In this document: positions 38,308 through 53,392 of the stretch, in pieces
Numbering within the stretch: the stretch's first letter is position 1
Layout of the letters: the number at the start of each line of letters is the position of its first letter
Assembly (NCBI RefSeq): GCF_000150275.1
Contig: NW_002060965.1
Location: 558,001-622,000 of the forward strand
From: Trichoplax adhaerens
Lineage: Eukaryota > Animalia > Placozoa
Direction: 5' to 3'
DNA: 64,000 bases
Notes under the pieces: model-generated
Database searches by the model: none
Told to the model about the DNA's origin: nothing
Seen by the model: the letters and a program-made list of their open reading frames with translations, nothing else
Position numbers and translations under genes: made by a program

Positions 38308-38755
38308 GCTAAGATTTTATTGTATATTACAATAATCATAATTGTTGTAACAGTATTCATATCTTACTAATTCAATAAAGTAGTGGAAATGATACTTAAA
38401 CTATAAATGCACAACGAGCGAAATAAAAATTAAGCTCTATATAACTACATATGTACGAATGCTATATCTATGTATATATTTCGTACGAGTGTATATACAC
38501 AGTAAACAAAATGACAAAACAATACTACATGTTAAATATATGAAATGATGACTACATTGTGTACTGTATACTGTATATGCAAACGTCTAAGCTCCATATA
38601 TAGTAACTAGACAGCAAACTTTTTGTGTGCTAGTTAGGATAATGGCTAAAATGTTCGTGAAAGTTGATCGACGTGACCAATTGAAGTTGGTCTCAGTCAT
38701 TTGAGTTACGTTGTATGGTAGTTATGATAGACAGCCACCTAAATGGGCCTCTTTA

Positions 38756-41290
38756 TCAACGGTCTCTCATATACCTAACGCACATAGTAAAGGATGTCAT
38801 GAAATTTTATTCAATACCTCCAACCGATACAATGAATGAATGGCTTACCTTTCCCATCGTCGATGATTTAGTTCAGTGAAATCGTCTAATTTTGCAATTC
38901 TTTTTAGATATTTCTTCAGTTTTAGTAATTCTTTATCTGTTTGCTGATTTTTGTGCGCTTCCCGAAAAGGGCGTATCTGATTAAATAGTAATTTAAAATC
39001 GATACTTTATTCCAGTTAAAAAGTTATTCGATTATTAATCTGATAAAGTTTACCCTTAAACCACTTTGAGGATTCATTAAAAAGTTGGACCTGACATCGT
39101 CGAACATGATAGTGTTACCTTTATGGTAGCGTGGATACTTTCCCCAGATTACACCAAGAGGCTTTACCTATAAATTTAGGAATCATGGCGCAATTACAAG
39201 TTCTAGAGTGCTCCCCTTAAAGCCGAAAAATATGTCAACTACTGTACTTACATCAATAACACCGCGTTTTTCAGTTTGAATACTTATCATAGCCAAATTA
39301 TCCAGCAGAAAAGCGATTTTGTAGTTTGAATTTTCTAATACTCCAAGTTCCTATATTGCAGTCGAATAAGACGGTATCATCATTGACGTTTTATTTAGCA
39401 CATTGGCAAATTCTTATTATCGCAATATAATGTCTTTCTTACTTTCATTTTTAGTTGAACCCACTTCATATTAGTGGCAGCTAATGATCAAGTCAAATGT
39501 TATCGTAATGATTCAAATAAAAAGTTGACATTATCCAATTATATAACTTTAACCTCAGAGTACTACTAAAGTTGCACAAATAACTAGTGTTTGTTATCGC
39601 TAAGTCTTACACCAGATTACTATGTCATAGTCTTCGTAGGCAGCTGTTAAAAATTGGTGTAGATACGGCCTCATTAGTTGTAATGGATGATCAGCAACTG
39701 ATCTGTGATCTTGATAAAGAAGTCATACGTTAGATTTTCAAAAGAAACCGGCACATTATTAGATTGAAGCTAACAAATTAAATAGTCTAATTCTTTCCAG
39801 TTAATACAACATTAAAAATCCATCGTATCTACAATTATTACCAAAGAGTGTATAGTCAATATCGAGGACGAGTAGTTTCTTGCCATTACGAAATGGATTA
39901 ATTTCTTCTACCGAATACTCTGCAACACGTCTTTTAATCTTTTTCAGATAGATTTCCCTTTTAGAAAAGGACATAATCAAGATTAAGATCTGTCTATTAT
40001 ATCATCATTGTTTACGATTATTCACTTATAATATTAGTTACGTGTATTAAAATTGCGTACAATTAACATGTTAGCAATAGCTATACTTTATTATGAAAAA
40101 ATGAGAAGGCACTGTACAGCATCTATTTTTGTGATTATAGTAATTGTCGTCATACATTCATGTTTCATACCTATTTTCAATTGCAATCTCTTCCTCCTCT
40201 TCAACCTCTAAATCATTGACTACATTATTACCCCAATCTGTAGATGGATTAATAACCTCTTCCTAATAAATATTGAATCATTAATATCCAACATTTATAG
40301 AGCCGATACTTAGCTGAGCCAATTGCAATAGGAACAAGTTAATCTTATTTTAACGAAAGAGTAATACTATCCACTTAACGATGCTTTGACATTAAGAGCG
40401 TAATCTGGCAGTACTTAAACTCTACTCAATATTAAGACTTTATGCATTCTATACCTTTACTAATATTATTAATTGAATAGTGCACTCATGTAAGATTAAG
40501 TTATATAAGATACGATAGTTGTAGGAAAACAATCACAAAATTGCTATCACAAATTTCCCTAACTTTACACCAGAATTTACGATTTCAAGTCTCATAAGTT
40601 AAATGTTAAAGCAGGGCATAAAAAAAATCATCGTTACGTTACATACTGTATATCATTCAGGTTGCTGATAATTATATTATTATGCAGTATTCATATAATT
40701 AATGAATACAGTGTCATGATTCTAACCAAAGCTTCCTCGCGCGTTCCCATCATCATGATTTTACAATTTGGTTTAAGATTGAGCTGATTCAATGGTACAT
40801 CATCAGCTGGTGGTTTAGCTATAAAGTTGATAATTACATTTATAAAACGCTCTCCTTGCATATAACATAATAAACAATTAGTCAGTCCATTGCAATAAAG
40901 TACGACCTAAAAGTACCGCTGTACAGTACAGAACATTGACTAATTATTCAAGTAATCGTATGCTCTACATGACAAAATACTTACAAAGTTTCTACATGAA
41001 CGACTTCAAAGTAAATTCGTAAGGTAGACAAAATTAAGTTTAATCTCAAATGCAGTACATCGTAAACCTATTTCATAATCAGATTGATGATGAAAGTTCT
41101 AACCTTTGTATTTTAATCCAAGTAGTTTCTGGCGTCTTGCTAAGACACCAGTTTTGGCTTCTACAGCTAATTTTAAATGACCTACGGTGTTTCTCAAAGA
41201 TACCGTATCAATTGGGTATTCCTTCCCACTCCATTTTACAATAATGGTAATTATTTCCGTTTCCGCAGCTTCGCCAACAGGACTAGCCAT
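38756..41290 (-). CDS. UBLCP1: Ubiquitin-like domain-containing CTD phosphatase 1, about 10 exons
   Basis: [15 protein letters not shown]...[26 protein letters not shown] motif [64 protein letters not shown]. Confidence 0.95.
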
Positions 41291-42126
41291 TATATCACAA
41301 AAGCTGGAATGCACTTAGGGACTTTGGTAAATATTATTATAATTTCTAATTAAAGAAATAATCCAACTCGAGTATTATATTTTTTTTGCAGTATACCGTA
41401 CAGAGAGTAGCGATGGATTAAATAGTGCGAGTACATGCGTAATGAATGCTAGACATCATGCCTACTGCGCCCTAGCGTATAGTACAAAAACAGCAACTGT
41501 ATGAGACGTACAGTGCCGTGCGGTAAGGCAAAATGTAACACAAACTATGGTCCGTAAACAGCCATTGATGCACCGTCTCTGATCAAAATTCTCCATCGGT
41601 AAGAATTTTCTTCGCCTCTCTAAACAATTTCCTTCTTGAAATCAATCACTACAACAGCTATGTCTTTATTTACATCACCTTCTCAATAGGAAGTATTATC
41701 TACTTTATTTACCATTTTATATTATGCATCCAGTGTACTGTATATACACAGTATTTCACAATCTTATTCATTCATTTACTGGTTGCAATGCCCTGCCTAT
41801 CTGCATCAACTAAAGCAGTGTCCCCCTCTTTGGTAATCGTCATCATTTCTAAATTAATATGTATTAGTTACCGAATGACATCGAGAATCTGGATTGTAGA
41901 TATACATGAGCATTAGATACCATATTAACTAGTCATGTCTATATTATACGCTACACGCAGTTGTACAGTACAGTAATACTAAACTCCAGGACCGTGAGCA
42001 GAGGTAACTTCAATAAACGTGAAAGACATTGCTGGCAAAACTTCTGCTAAATCGTTCAAGTTGTACAGTAGCGTACTGGACATTGACATTGTACGCATGT
42101 GCAATGTGCAGTACAATTGACTGTTG

Positions 42127-42150
42127 ACATTGTACTGTACAGTACAATGT
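42127..42150. repeat. Perfect 24-bp palindrome ACATTGTACTGTACAGTACAATGT
   Basis: Equal to its own reverse complement; lies in a TACAGTA-rich patch between divergent UBLCP1 and APAF1-like A. Confidence 0.9.
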
Positions 42151-43283
42151 ACTGTCCACTGTTATTATTTTACCATATCGACTTTAGTACGATACAGTAC
42201 AAACTCTACAGTAGTTACAGTCCCTTTGGCGATTGTTATGATGTTGGGATTACTGTCTGTACGTACTGTAGGTACAGTACAGTAATAGGATTTCGACCAT
42301 GCAAAAAACTGATGACGCTATTAACTGTAAATACAACAACAATAAACTCAACTCCATTGATGTTATTGTTAGTGTTGTTCATCAAACTGTAACTTATTGT
42401 TAGTAGTAGCACATAAAGAAAAAATGATCAATCAATGTAGGTAAAAGCAATTATATGCTTGGAGAAGTAAATTTCCTTCAAGGTGTATAATCATTGGCAT
42501 ATAGATCAGAAAGTGGGTTGTAAAGTTCAAGCCTTATAGTATTCGGCTGGTGGATTTTGAAATGTAACCAATTCATTGTCAACAGGAAATAAAAGGTTAG
42601 AATATACTATCTAGACAATAAAATTAATTAATGACAATCATATGCAATATCATTGATTACAGTTAACTTTTATGAGCACAATTCATATATTTTATAGCTA
42701 GAATTTATCATAATTTATAAACTTGTCTAATACGTGGAGATCCGTTTCCGTTATTCGATCGAATCAGTTAATGGCAAAGATATTATCAACAGTCAATAAA
42801 ACACTCTACATCAACATTCGATAATATTGTATATACAATTATGCATGTATCCTCCATTGTCAGACTGCTGAAATAAATTTCATCACTGTCGTCTTTATAG
42901 ATATCATAACTAGGGCTTTATTATTTAAAAGACTTACTTTAATAGATCACATGGTGTTGCTCTATTCCAAGCGAATCAAATTAAATGACAGTTCTTAGTA
43001 GCAGTAAAGATAGTGCTATATACGCGTATGTACGCGCAATGAAATAATGTTGTATATGTGTGTCCTCAAATTGTAGGCAATTAGAACTAGCTTCGCGACA
43101 CCAACTTTAAGGACGAATATTTTTTCTCTTTCATCGCTTTCGATATGATGTTTATTATGGAGGTGCTATCTCGGGGTAAACTATCATGATGGACAACTTC
43201 TATGTATACAATAAAAACAAGTAGAGTATTTTTCCTGCCAACAGAAATTTTGATGATATTTATTACAGCAAAGGAGGAAAAAG

Positions 43284-46200
43284 ATGAAAAGTTATGAGCT
43301 CAAAGCTGTCATTGATAAATGGCAGGATCTGCTAACGATAATATCGGTAGATGATATGATAGCGTATATGATGCGAAAGGAATTGTATGATGTTTGCCAG
43401 TGGTTTGAACGCATGACTTCTAGAAACAAGTCGAAGAATCGACAAATTTATAAAAAGGAGAAAATATTGGAATGCTTCACTGGTCTTGAACTGCCTAATG
43501 CATTTGATCTTTTAATCGATGCATTATCAACAACTAATGGACCAGATTCAACGCCTATTATTGATTCTCTCCTTCAACGACAGTGTCAATTGGCACCAAC
43601 TAATAGTACTGATCTTGATAGAAAAGGTAAAGTCGCTATTTTTTAATAAAGGTTTTAGGAATACACCCTTCCATAATTAATTACAATAATCGTTGATATT
43701 ATTAATAAATAACTTTTCTATAATGGTAATAAGATTGAGATAAAAAATTTTATTCGATTGCATGGAGTGCAATTTCTATTTTACAAATTAATCTTTGCAA
43801 TACTGCATATTAACTGTACTATACAATGGGTGCAAATTTTTTACTGACAAAATATACTTTTAATTTTTATTTTTGTAGCTTTAACTATAAATGCATTTAT
43901 TCCTCCGTTACCTAACTGTTACGTAACAAATTTTCAAGCTGAAAATCATATTATTGAAATCCTGCAAGACTTAAAAATTAAGAATTTGAATGGCTGGATT
44001 GTCCTCTATGGATCGCAAGGGATTGGTAAAACTGCTCTTGTAAATCAGTTCGTCCGCAATCAAGCTATGACGGGCGATTACTCTTCAGGAGTAATATGGA
44101 TATCGTTAGGTAGGTAGATTTACGCTTTTATATTTCATGTAGTATAATTGAAGTATTGGGATTGTAGGTAAAATGATTTGTGAGATACATAAGAAACTTA
44201 TAAAAATGTCTATTTTAAGAAGCTTTGCATGTAAAAATACCTAGAGAACAAGCTAAAATAGTAAATTTTCTATTAGTAATTTAAATAGATGTAATTAAAC
44301 TATACTTGCAGCATGTAGCCCCTAAAGATACTTTTATATGATATGAAAGAAATACTGCTTATTATCCAAAACAAACAATTCTCTTACAGGTCAAACTAAG
44401 ATGAATCAAACGCTAACGGTGATGCAACAGCTATTGAAACGATTGAATAGGCAAGAATGCGTTATACCATCTACTATGACAAGTCTTCAAATGAAAATTA
44501 GCTCTTTAATAGGTAGAAATTTCGCTATGAAATTGATATATAAATAAACAAAGTCATCAATATTTCTAACACTTATTATTTGTTCGTTGTTATTATTGAC
44601 GGCACTCTCTTTGTAAATGGCCACCATGACAGAAAATCAACCCATCAGACCATTTGTAGTATTGGATGATGTACGAGAAGCAAATCAATTGCTGTATCTA
44701 AACTTTAATTGTGATACCATTGTCACGACTAGAAATGCAGATATCGCTTCAAAGCTTAATCGAGAGAAATGTGTAATACATATAAAAGTTAGTAGATCTG
44801 TACACCTTTGACTAATGCACCTGCCGTATCTTGATGTTCATAATTATTATTTACTCATCTTCATGCCAATTTGACTACTAGGAATTATTAACTGTAGAGC
44901 ATTGCAGAAACGTCATGGCATCGACTGCTAAAATTCCTATTTCAACTTTACCAAAAGCTGTAGATCAATTCATTGAAATTGTGGATCATTCAGCCTTGAT
45001 CTTAACACTGTTTGGGATTTTAGTACAACACGATAAAGATAAATGGAATATATCAGATAACAAATGGTTAAATCAATACCAATCACAGTATGACACTAAA
45101 ACCATGTTGCACAAGCTTATTGATATGCTTTTGAGTAACTTAAACGAGAGCGATCTGAATTTGATTTTAAAACTGGATATATTTGAAGAAAATACCATAA
45201 TACCTATTAACACGTTATCCATGTATTGGGGCGTTAATCAACATTACTGTATTAGCATAATGAATTCTCTGGTTCATCGATTTTTAGCTACTGAAAACGT
45301 CGTAAATACTAAGTAAGTTGAAAAAAGCATATTTAAGTTGCTTATAAATAACAATATACATAATTACTTATTTCTCGAATAATTTTTATGTCAATATCGT
45401 AATATCGTTATAGGAATATCGGCTATTCTTTAAATGACTATATGGCCGATTATATACGAAGCCGTCACTGCGTCAGCGATGCAAAAGCAAATCATGTTAC
45501 ATTATTAGATTTATACAAGAAGTCTTGTCAGGGGGACTGGGTTCAGTTAAGAAATGATGATTATATACATGATCATCTCGTTGATCACGTTATTGGCGCA
45601 GATGATAAGAAAACTATGAAGGAGTTGTTAACGAATTTTAAATGGCTACAAATAAGACTCAAAAATAAATCGTCTTATGCTTTATTACATGACTTTATTA
45701 AAAGTCGTTCCATTCTTGATTTCGAGGTATGAGTACTACAGAATTACAGATTTATGTAACTGATTATACCGTAGTAATTTCATCACTTGCACGTATATAT
45801 TGTAAGTTGAGATGCTGATGTCTATATTTTTGCGTACAAATACAACAGTGTTCTACTTCATATTTTTCAGGAATGGAATCATCTTCATGACTACTGGTAT
45901 CTTGTACGGGATAGTCATAGTTCCATAAATCTATGCCAGGATGGAAGTTTAATTCAGCTAGCATTAAGCAGACCTTGGTGGCGAGATTTTTACAAGGAAG
46001 TTGAAAGTAAGGCCATTGAAGATTGCAAAGAAACAACATTTTTTAAGTGGAAGTAAGCCAGATATTCTTGTGATATCATCTTCGATACTTTAATTAAAGA
46101 GTTTCGGCGCCGTCATGAACTATTGATTAATCGATCAAGAAGACACTTAAATTTTTCCTTGAATCTAAAATAGTAACTGCTATAACCAGCGAAATGAATT

Positions 46201-49200
46201 TCAAATCTGTATTGCCACATTGGAACCCACTTCAGAATCTATAACTAGCTCTTGCTTCTCATCAGATGGAACAATGTTAGCTTGTTGCGATAAGATTGGA
46301 AATATTATTGTAAGTTGTTCAGTCAAAAGTTATTCTTGACTTTCTTATAAAAGTGAAAAGTTATATCAACAGTCACATATCCAAAATGTAAATACATTGC
46401 TTGTACAGTACTATACATATTACAGAACATTCGTAGAATTTCAAAATGGTAACCAATGCTGAGCATTGTACCAATCATATACGTATTGGGTTATCAAAAT
46501 CTTAACTTGGTATATCGTATACGATAAATGGTTAATGATTTATTTGTCATTGAATATTTTGCTATAAAAGCCGTTTATTTAATTCGTTAGTAGCTTAAGA
46601 ACTGATATACTACCCAAAGGTTTTCTGCTCCCAATTTGATAGCTGCCGAAATTGTTTAATCTGTTATCTAGTATTAAAATCTAACGGTAATCAATCGTAA
46701 CGTTCTTTCTTAGCGAACTAAATGTCTTTTTACATTTACATTATTAACTTATAGATATATGATACCATTTTATGGACTCCGTTGTACTCCTTTCATAGTA
46801 CTAAGGGTAAAATCTCGAATTGTTCCTTTTCACCCGATTGTCAGAAAATTGCGTTATCTTTTCACTGCGGTAAAACTGAGGTAATTTCCTTGTTCTATCT
46901 AGAATAATCCATTCATTCTATAAACGAAAAATTCGCGTTAACAGCATCTAATCTAACATGAAATATATTCGTCATTATTCAGCAGTTGTCTATACACAGA
47001 GTATGACCAATTCAATTTCTAAGCTTATATACGCTCAAATGCCATTTCTATAATATAGGTATGGAACATCAATAACGAAAAAATACTCATCGAACATGGC
47101 TATCATACTGCCAAAGTCAATTGGTCAGAATTTTCTCCAAGTGGACAAGAAGTTGTTTCCTGTTCGGATGATAGGCTGATTATGGTAAAATAGCAAATAA
47201 GACTTAATCTCAGTAGCAAGAGTATTCTGATTTTACGTAATTTATAATATTATGGTATCAATCCAGCTAACCTTGCGACATTTTTAAACGTCTAATATCG
47301 TTAGATTTGGAATTCAAATACTGGCAATAATATCGTCACCTGTCGTGGTCATAAAAATATGGTTATAGATTGTCATTATTCTAAAGATGGAGGTAGAATT
47401 CTTTCCTGTTCATGGGATAAAACAATTCAGGTAAGCTCATCTTAGCATATAATATTGGTGATTTTTATAAAGTTAATTTGCAATGGTTGCAATTTAGAGA
47501 ATTTTTTAGTCTTGTTGTAATAAAGAATTGTTTTATAAATCTAATGATTATATGAACCAATATTGTTCTTTCAGATATGGGACACCACATTTGGAACTAG
47601 TCTTCTTGTTTGTGCGATAACTGAAGATTGGCCCATTTTTTGTTCATTCCTTGATCATGATCAACATATTATGTGTGGATGTGAACATCGAGTTTATATA
47701 TGGGATTCTAGTACCGGTGACGCTATTGATAAGCTTACTAGTACATGCAGAGATAGAGTGTCATTATATGATGTCACTGCAAATGGCAAAATGGCAGTTC
47801 GATGCTTATTTGGTAGTAATTTAGTAGAGGTAATGCATCCAAACATTATTACTACGTTCAAGTTTTTTTGAAGTTCAGATTTAGATGATTAATATGATCA
47901 TTATTATAGCATGATAGTCATCCTTTAAGCTATTTATTTCGCAATGTAAGAGTTTCAATGACTTGTATGCAACGTTTTTCTAGGTTATTGATACATCATC
48001 CGGTCAAACATCTATTGTAACAGATGATGGGCATCACGATTTAATAACGTGTGCAAAAATCTCGCCTAATAGTAAAATTATTGCTACTACGTCTAAGGAT
48101 ACCCTGTTAAAGTTATGGCTAGTTCAGCCATTCAAAGAAAATATGGAAAAGGCCGATAAGAAGCCTATGCATCTTTTAGATTGCAGTTTTATTGGTAACG
48201 TACCACATATTATTTCCGGAGAATATGAACAATGGGAAGGACAAGCTATTGAGGTTTTATTTTGGGATACATTTGTTTTTGATTGTGGTACTGACTGTTA
48301 AATGTTAATACCTCGATTAAGTTATGAAACTCATTTTGATATCAAAATATAGTCATTTATAGGTAAGGATGTTCGCTTTGTAAAAGAAACCTGTAAAGAG
48401 GATTGGAAATGCGTTAAATGCTGTTCCTTGTCGCATAATGGAAATCTGCTAGCCGTAGGCTTTGCTTTTGGTAAAGTTAAGGTAAATATATTCATTGTAA
48501 TTTAAATAATAGATACTGATGGTGGTAATCGGTATCTATATTAATTAAAGAGTCATTGCTAATAATCTGTACTATAATACGCACGTAAAAAAACATCTCA
48601 TTTATAATAAACCTGTATATTTCCTGTTGCAGATGTTACACCACGACAACTTGGAGGTTGACTGGTCAATTAATAATCTACAGTTGCATGTTAACAATTT
48701 AACATTCAACTCTACCGACGAGGTTCTTATGGTATCAATTAGTACGGATCCATTGGATTCTTTAAAGCAATTCAAAATTATTGTATGTTCTCATCAAATA
48801 TCGAATTAACGCTATATATGTTATCAATTTTGTTTATTTTTATACCTTACGATAATGTTAGGTTTAAGGCACGTTATGCATTTATATGTGAACTTTATAC
48901 ACTGGATAATATTAGCTACGTAGGGTATTTCCTAAACTTTAGTAGCTTGATAAATAAATGTATGAAAATCGACTTTCTTGCTTCTAGATTGTCAATTCTA
49001 TCAATGGAGATATTGTCAATAAATTTATATCTGAAGATCAGATTTGCTTTTATAAATTTTTGGAAAGCTCAAATATCCTACTTATTGGTGCTGCACGTGG
49101 AGAAATGCAGGTATATTAAACATTTTATTATCAAAACGTTATATCAAGCCTTTTCTATTACGATACGAATATGAAAAGGCGTTAATCTGTGATAAGCGTC

Positions 49201-50305
49201 AAGCCTTCATAGTTTCTATTTGAGCGTAGATGTCTAGTTTATTCGTGGTTATTTTTCTCGATCCTAGGCCTACAATATTTATGAAAATTCCAAATCGATC
49301 GACTCATTATCTATACCTGGGAAGATTATTCATCACGACTTAGCATTAGATGATGCTGAATGTGCTGTAATACTAGAAGATAAAGATTCCAAGGTATGTA
49401 CGTGTATACTGCAGGGACTGGTTTTGTTACGTACATTAGCCCTGCTTATCATCTGTTAAATCAGATATAATGGATATACAGCTACATTTGCTTAACGATA
49501 GTTGCTGTGTTGGTATAAACGAGAGTATCTATCCAGTAATATGTACTAAGTTAATAACAACCGAGTATTTAGGATCAATACAGTATCTCCGTTAAGGCAT
49601 TTAACAAGATTTATATAAATAGTAGTATTTTTATCTGATTAAGTGCGAATCTTTCTTGAATGCTGTAAATTTTGAGATGATTATTTGAAAGAAATAGGCT
49701 TGCTTTTCTTAATATTGCTAACGGATTTATCGCAATTACAGGCCTGCATAGTGTGGAACTGTGTCAGTTTTAAAATAACTCATACTGTGGATAGTAATAC
49801 TTGCATTTCGACATGTAAATTCTCAACCAAATGTGATAAATTAGCTATAGGCTACGATTATGGAACGTTTAAGGTAATCTGCAGTGCTAGCTATGATACG
49901 ATATCTTACATTACAGTAACAGTAAACGATCATTTAGGTCATTGCTCTATAATGATTTCCTACCGCATATATGTGCGTAAATATCATACTTAGATTTGGG
50001 AAACGACTTCATGGACATTATTAACTAGTTTCGATGGACATCTTGGTTCTATTCAAACATTATACTTTTCAGCAGATGATAAAATCATTCTTACTGGAGG
50101 TAAATGTATAACTTGGTGGGATTTAACTGAAAATAAAGTAATGCAACAATTTCCATTACAGCACTACGCTAATGTGATTAAATTTAATGACAGTTTACAT
50201 ACTGTAATAATTGATGACGGTGAATACCTTTATGTACTATCACATATAACCCCCATTGATCGGATCGGATCGTTCTCGCTGAGACGAAACTTAAGACGAA
50301 AATAA
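43284..50305 (+). CDS. APAF1-like protein A (CARD - NB-ARC - HD2 - WD40), about 19 exons, roughly 1250 aa
   Basis: CARD-like exon 1; Walker A GSQGIGKT (44010-44033); Walker B FVVLDDV; sensor VTTRN; LLTNFKWLQIRL; many WD40 exons (FSPSGQEVVSCSDD, GHKN..SCSWDKTIQIWD); stop TAA at 50303-50305. Confidence 0.9.
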
Positions 50306-53170
50306 TTTATGAAAGCAACTACATAGGGAAATCGTAGTAATTTAATTATAACAATTATGAGAAATTTCATTCCTGGAATGTTCAGTAAGTTATCTCTTTT
50401 CTGATTATGATAGCTTATTTTCTTATGTTATCAATAGTGAGTAGTAATATATGCTCTTATTATAACATATAAAATGTAGCAATTCTAATATTATTGGATA
50501 GTAATATAATATACAATTTACTAAGCTTTATTTGATTATTGCAAATGATGATAATTGCAATTACGCATACCAGTATAATAAACGCATATGGAGATTTCTA
50601 GCACCATTAATTACGTACGGTCATGAAAAATATCGATATGCCCTTTTCCAGTGGAAAGGCATATGCCATAGCTATTGTAACTTCTTAATTAATTTAACAA
50701 GAGTGGTGATAGGAAATTGATTACTTATATTGCACACTCTATTTCATCAAGCCTTGTTAGTACTGTTTAATCTTCTAAATCTCCGATATATGACGTCGCA
50801 TAGAAATTGAAATTATTGTATTATTGGAACTTACTCCGTATTAAACTATTGATTATCTGAGATGGAATTAACAGAAAATTTTGTTCTTTCAATTTATCGG
50901 TGTAATCATAATTCTATCACATGTCCTAATTATTTGCAATAGTAAAAATATAGGAATAAAATGATTGGAATTAAAAATACTTCTGTTGATATATCTGGTC
51001 ATATAAACCTAATTTTCTTTGTTAACCACTGGCTTCACGAAGTGTCCTACTGTATAGTCCGTCCCTATTTATTGAAATGCAGTAATTTCACAGGCATAAA
51101 TAATTATTTATACTAAATTATTTGATTTTGCTACGGAAGAAGAAAGTGTACGTACTAAAACGATTTCATGAACCCTATAGCTGAGATTGTGTTATTGATA
51201 TGCTGCAGCATGTTCAATAGCTCTCTGACTACCAGTATACGTATATTTTCTGTAATCATAAATTTCAATCACCCCCAATTTATTGAATTTTTTACTATTA
51301 ATTGGTGAAAATCAATCTGAAAAACATTTTTGTTACCCAAACGACATATGCTAGCAATGTCAACGCCAGAGTAGATAATACAAGTATGACTGAGGTTAAA
51401 AAGTATAAACTTTGTATAATGTCTAACACTATAATTTGTACAGAAAAGGCTAGTATGCTACTGTATTACGGTTATTACAAATATAAAACATGAGGTTACT
51501 ATCATTGCGTGATATACATAAATGAAGTTTTCGTCCTTTGCCCTTGCATCGAATCATAAGATAATTAATTTATGATGTATTCATTCTTATATAATATGGG
51601 ATAAATTTAATTGTTAAATTCAGTATAAACCTGGAGAAAGGTTTGAAATGCGTTGATTTAGGGCAAGTTAAATATATTTTAATTATTCTCTATTGCACCA
51701 TCAACTAGCGAAGTTGGCTACTATCAAATGTAGGGTAGCGAGAGCTGAAAATGAACATATGAATATTATGATACAATTTTTACTATTAAATTTAGGCTTA
51801 GCGACTTTGTAAGCGGGCAGCTTAGAAGTAAGATTAATCTTTTGATTCGAAAATTCCTTTCTTTTATTTCAGGCAATCAGGAAAGGAATAATGCTGGTGA
51901 TTATATTAGCAACCATTTTTCCCATAAGGTATGATTGAATGCAGTACAAAGTTAAATACCTAAGCTTTCATAATGCCTTAGGCGTCTATTTTAAAGTGTA
52001 AGTAAGGATAATTCATCGTCCGTCTAGTGACTTTTATATACATAAGCAAACTATACAGTTTGCAGTCTGATTACGGTATTTAAGCCGATCGGAAATTTTA
52101 CAATTTGATTTACGTAGTGCAACTAAATCACTTATCAACAACGATATTGTTTGGAGAGGCCTTTTGGCAGCTAAAAATGGGCTAGGAACTAGAAAGATTT
52201 TTAAACATGAAATTATTTACACTATCCTAATGAGTAGTAAATATTTTATCCAGTAATTAGGACTTATCGAAATTTTTTATCAACATCTGTCGGTAAAGTC
52301 TAGAATGTTTAGAACAACCAGCACTATATCCTATTTGGATGTAGCAGTAACAATATCGAAAGATCTTGCTTCTTTTTTGGATATAATGACATAATCATTT
52401 GTTATTCTAATATCGTCACAGAACATGTTGTCTAGCTTTAATCTTTATTTTTGCCTCCATATATCTACGATTATTTTACGCTTATTTATTTTTAACGGTT
52501 ACTATTCGATATCGGGATATAACAAGCCCATAAACACGTTCTAATTGGAGATATTAGACGCAATGGTACGCATTTTAAGTCGTGGTCCACTTGTTTCCTG
52601 AGTTTAGAGTTGGTATTCTTGCTGTGCTTTGCTGTAATTACGCTTTTCTCAGGGATTATTATAACAACTACGATTAAAGGTTTACCGATTGTACTATTAA
52701 AATAACTAGCGTCTATCCAGAGATTTTGTAGTTAGTTTACAAGTATTGTATAAAGTTTAGAAAGGAATGTTTCACCACCGAGCTGTACTTAATTTCGTAA
52801 TTATATAATGACAAATGTCTCATAAGTTACCACAATGTTACAATCTAAGTTTACTTTACCCAATTGCACTCTCATGCTAATATAGAAAGAATTATAATTA
52901 CCTTAAAGAAAAATGAATGCAGAATAGATTCACTATCTAGCCATTGAGCATCCTCGTACAGAAATACTCTATTTACATAGAAAGGACCTTGCTTTTGGCC
53001 TGTAATCCTCCAGTCAAGTCTAGTTAAATAGTCAATTTTCATTCAGTAAAGGGCTTTCGAACTCCGATCGCTTTCTGATAGATTCTAAGATTATTCAACC
53101 ATGATCAGCAACATGCAGCGTTGTATAACATAAATCAGTTCGTCTCGCATGGGATTATCATCGGGGCTGT

Positions 53171-53392
53171 ATGCTAATCTTTCTGTTCTTGCACGGTTAT
53201 TAGGGCTTACCGTAGCAACACCGAGACCTGATCAATTCATTAAACTACATTTATTTACGGTAACGTATCTTCCCAAATGCTAATCTTTCTCTTCTTGCAC
53301 GGTTGTTAGGGCTTACCGTAGCAATACCGAGACATGATGATCAATTCATTAAACTACATTTATTTACCGTAACGTATCTTCCCAAATGCTAA
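53171..53392. repeat. Recent two-copy tandem duplication (106/109 bp) bounded by ATGCTAA
   Basis: Copies start at 53171 and 53277; ATGCTAA recurs at 53386; few substitutions and one 3-bp indel. Confidence 0.93.

Noticed and set aside
48785-49174. 129-aa ORF inside APAF1-like A
   Set aside because: Mostly intronic and out of frame with the real 48989-49090 exon.
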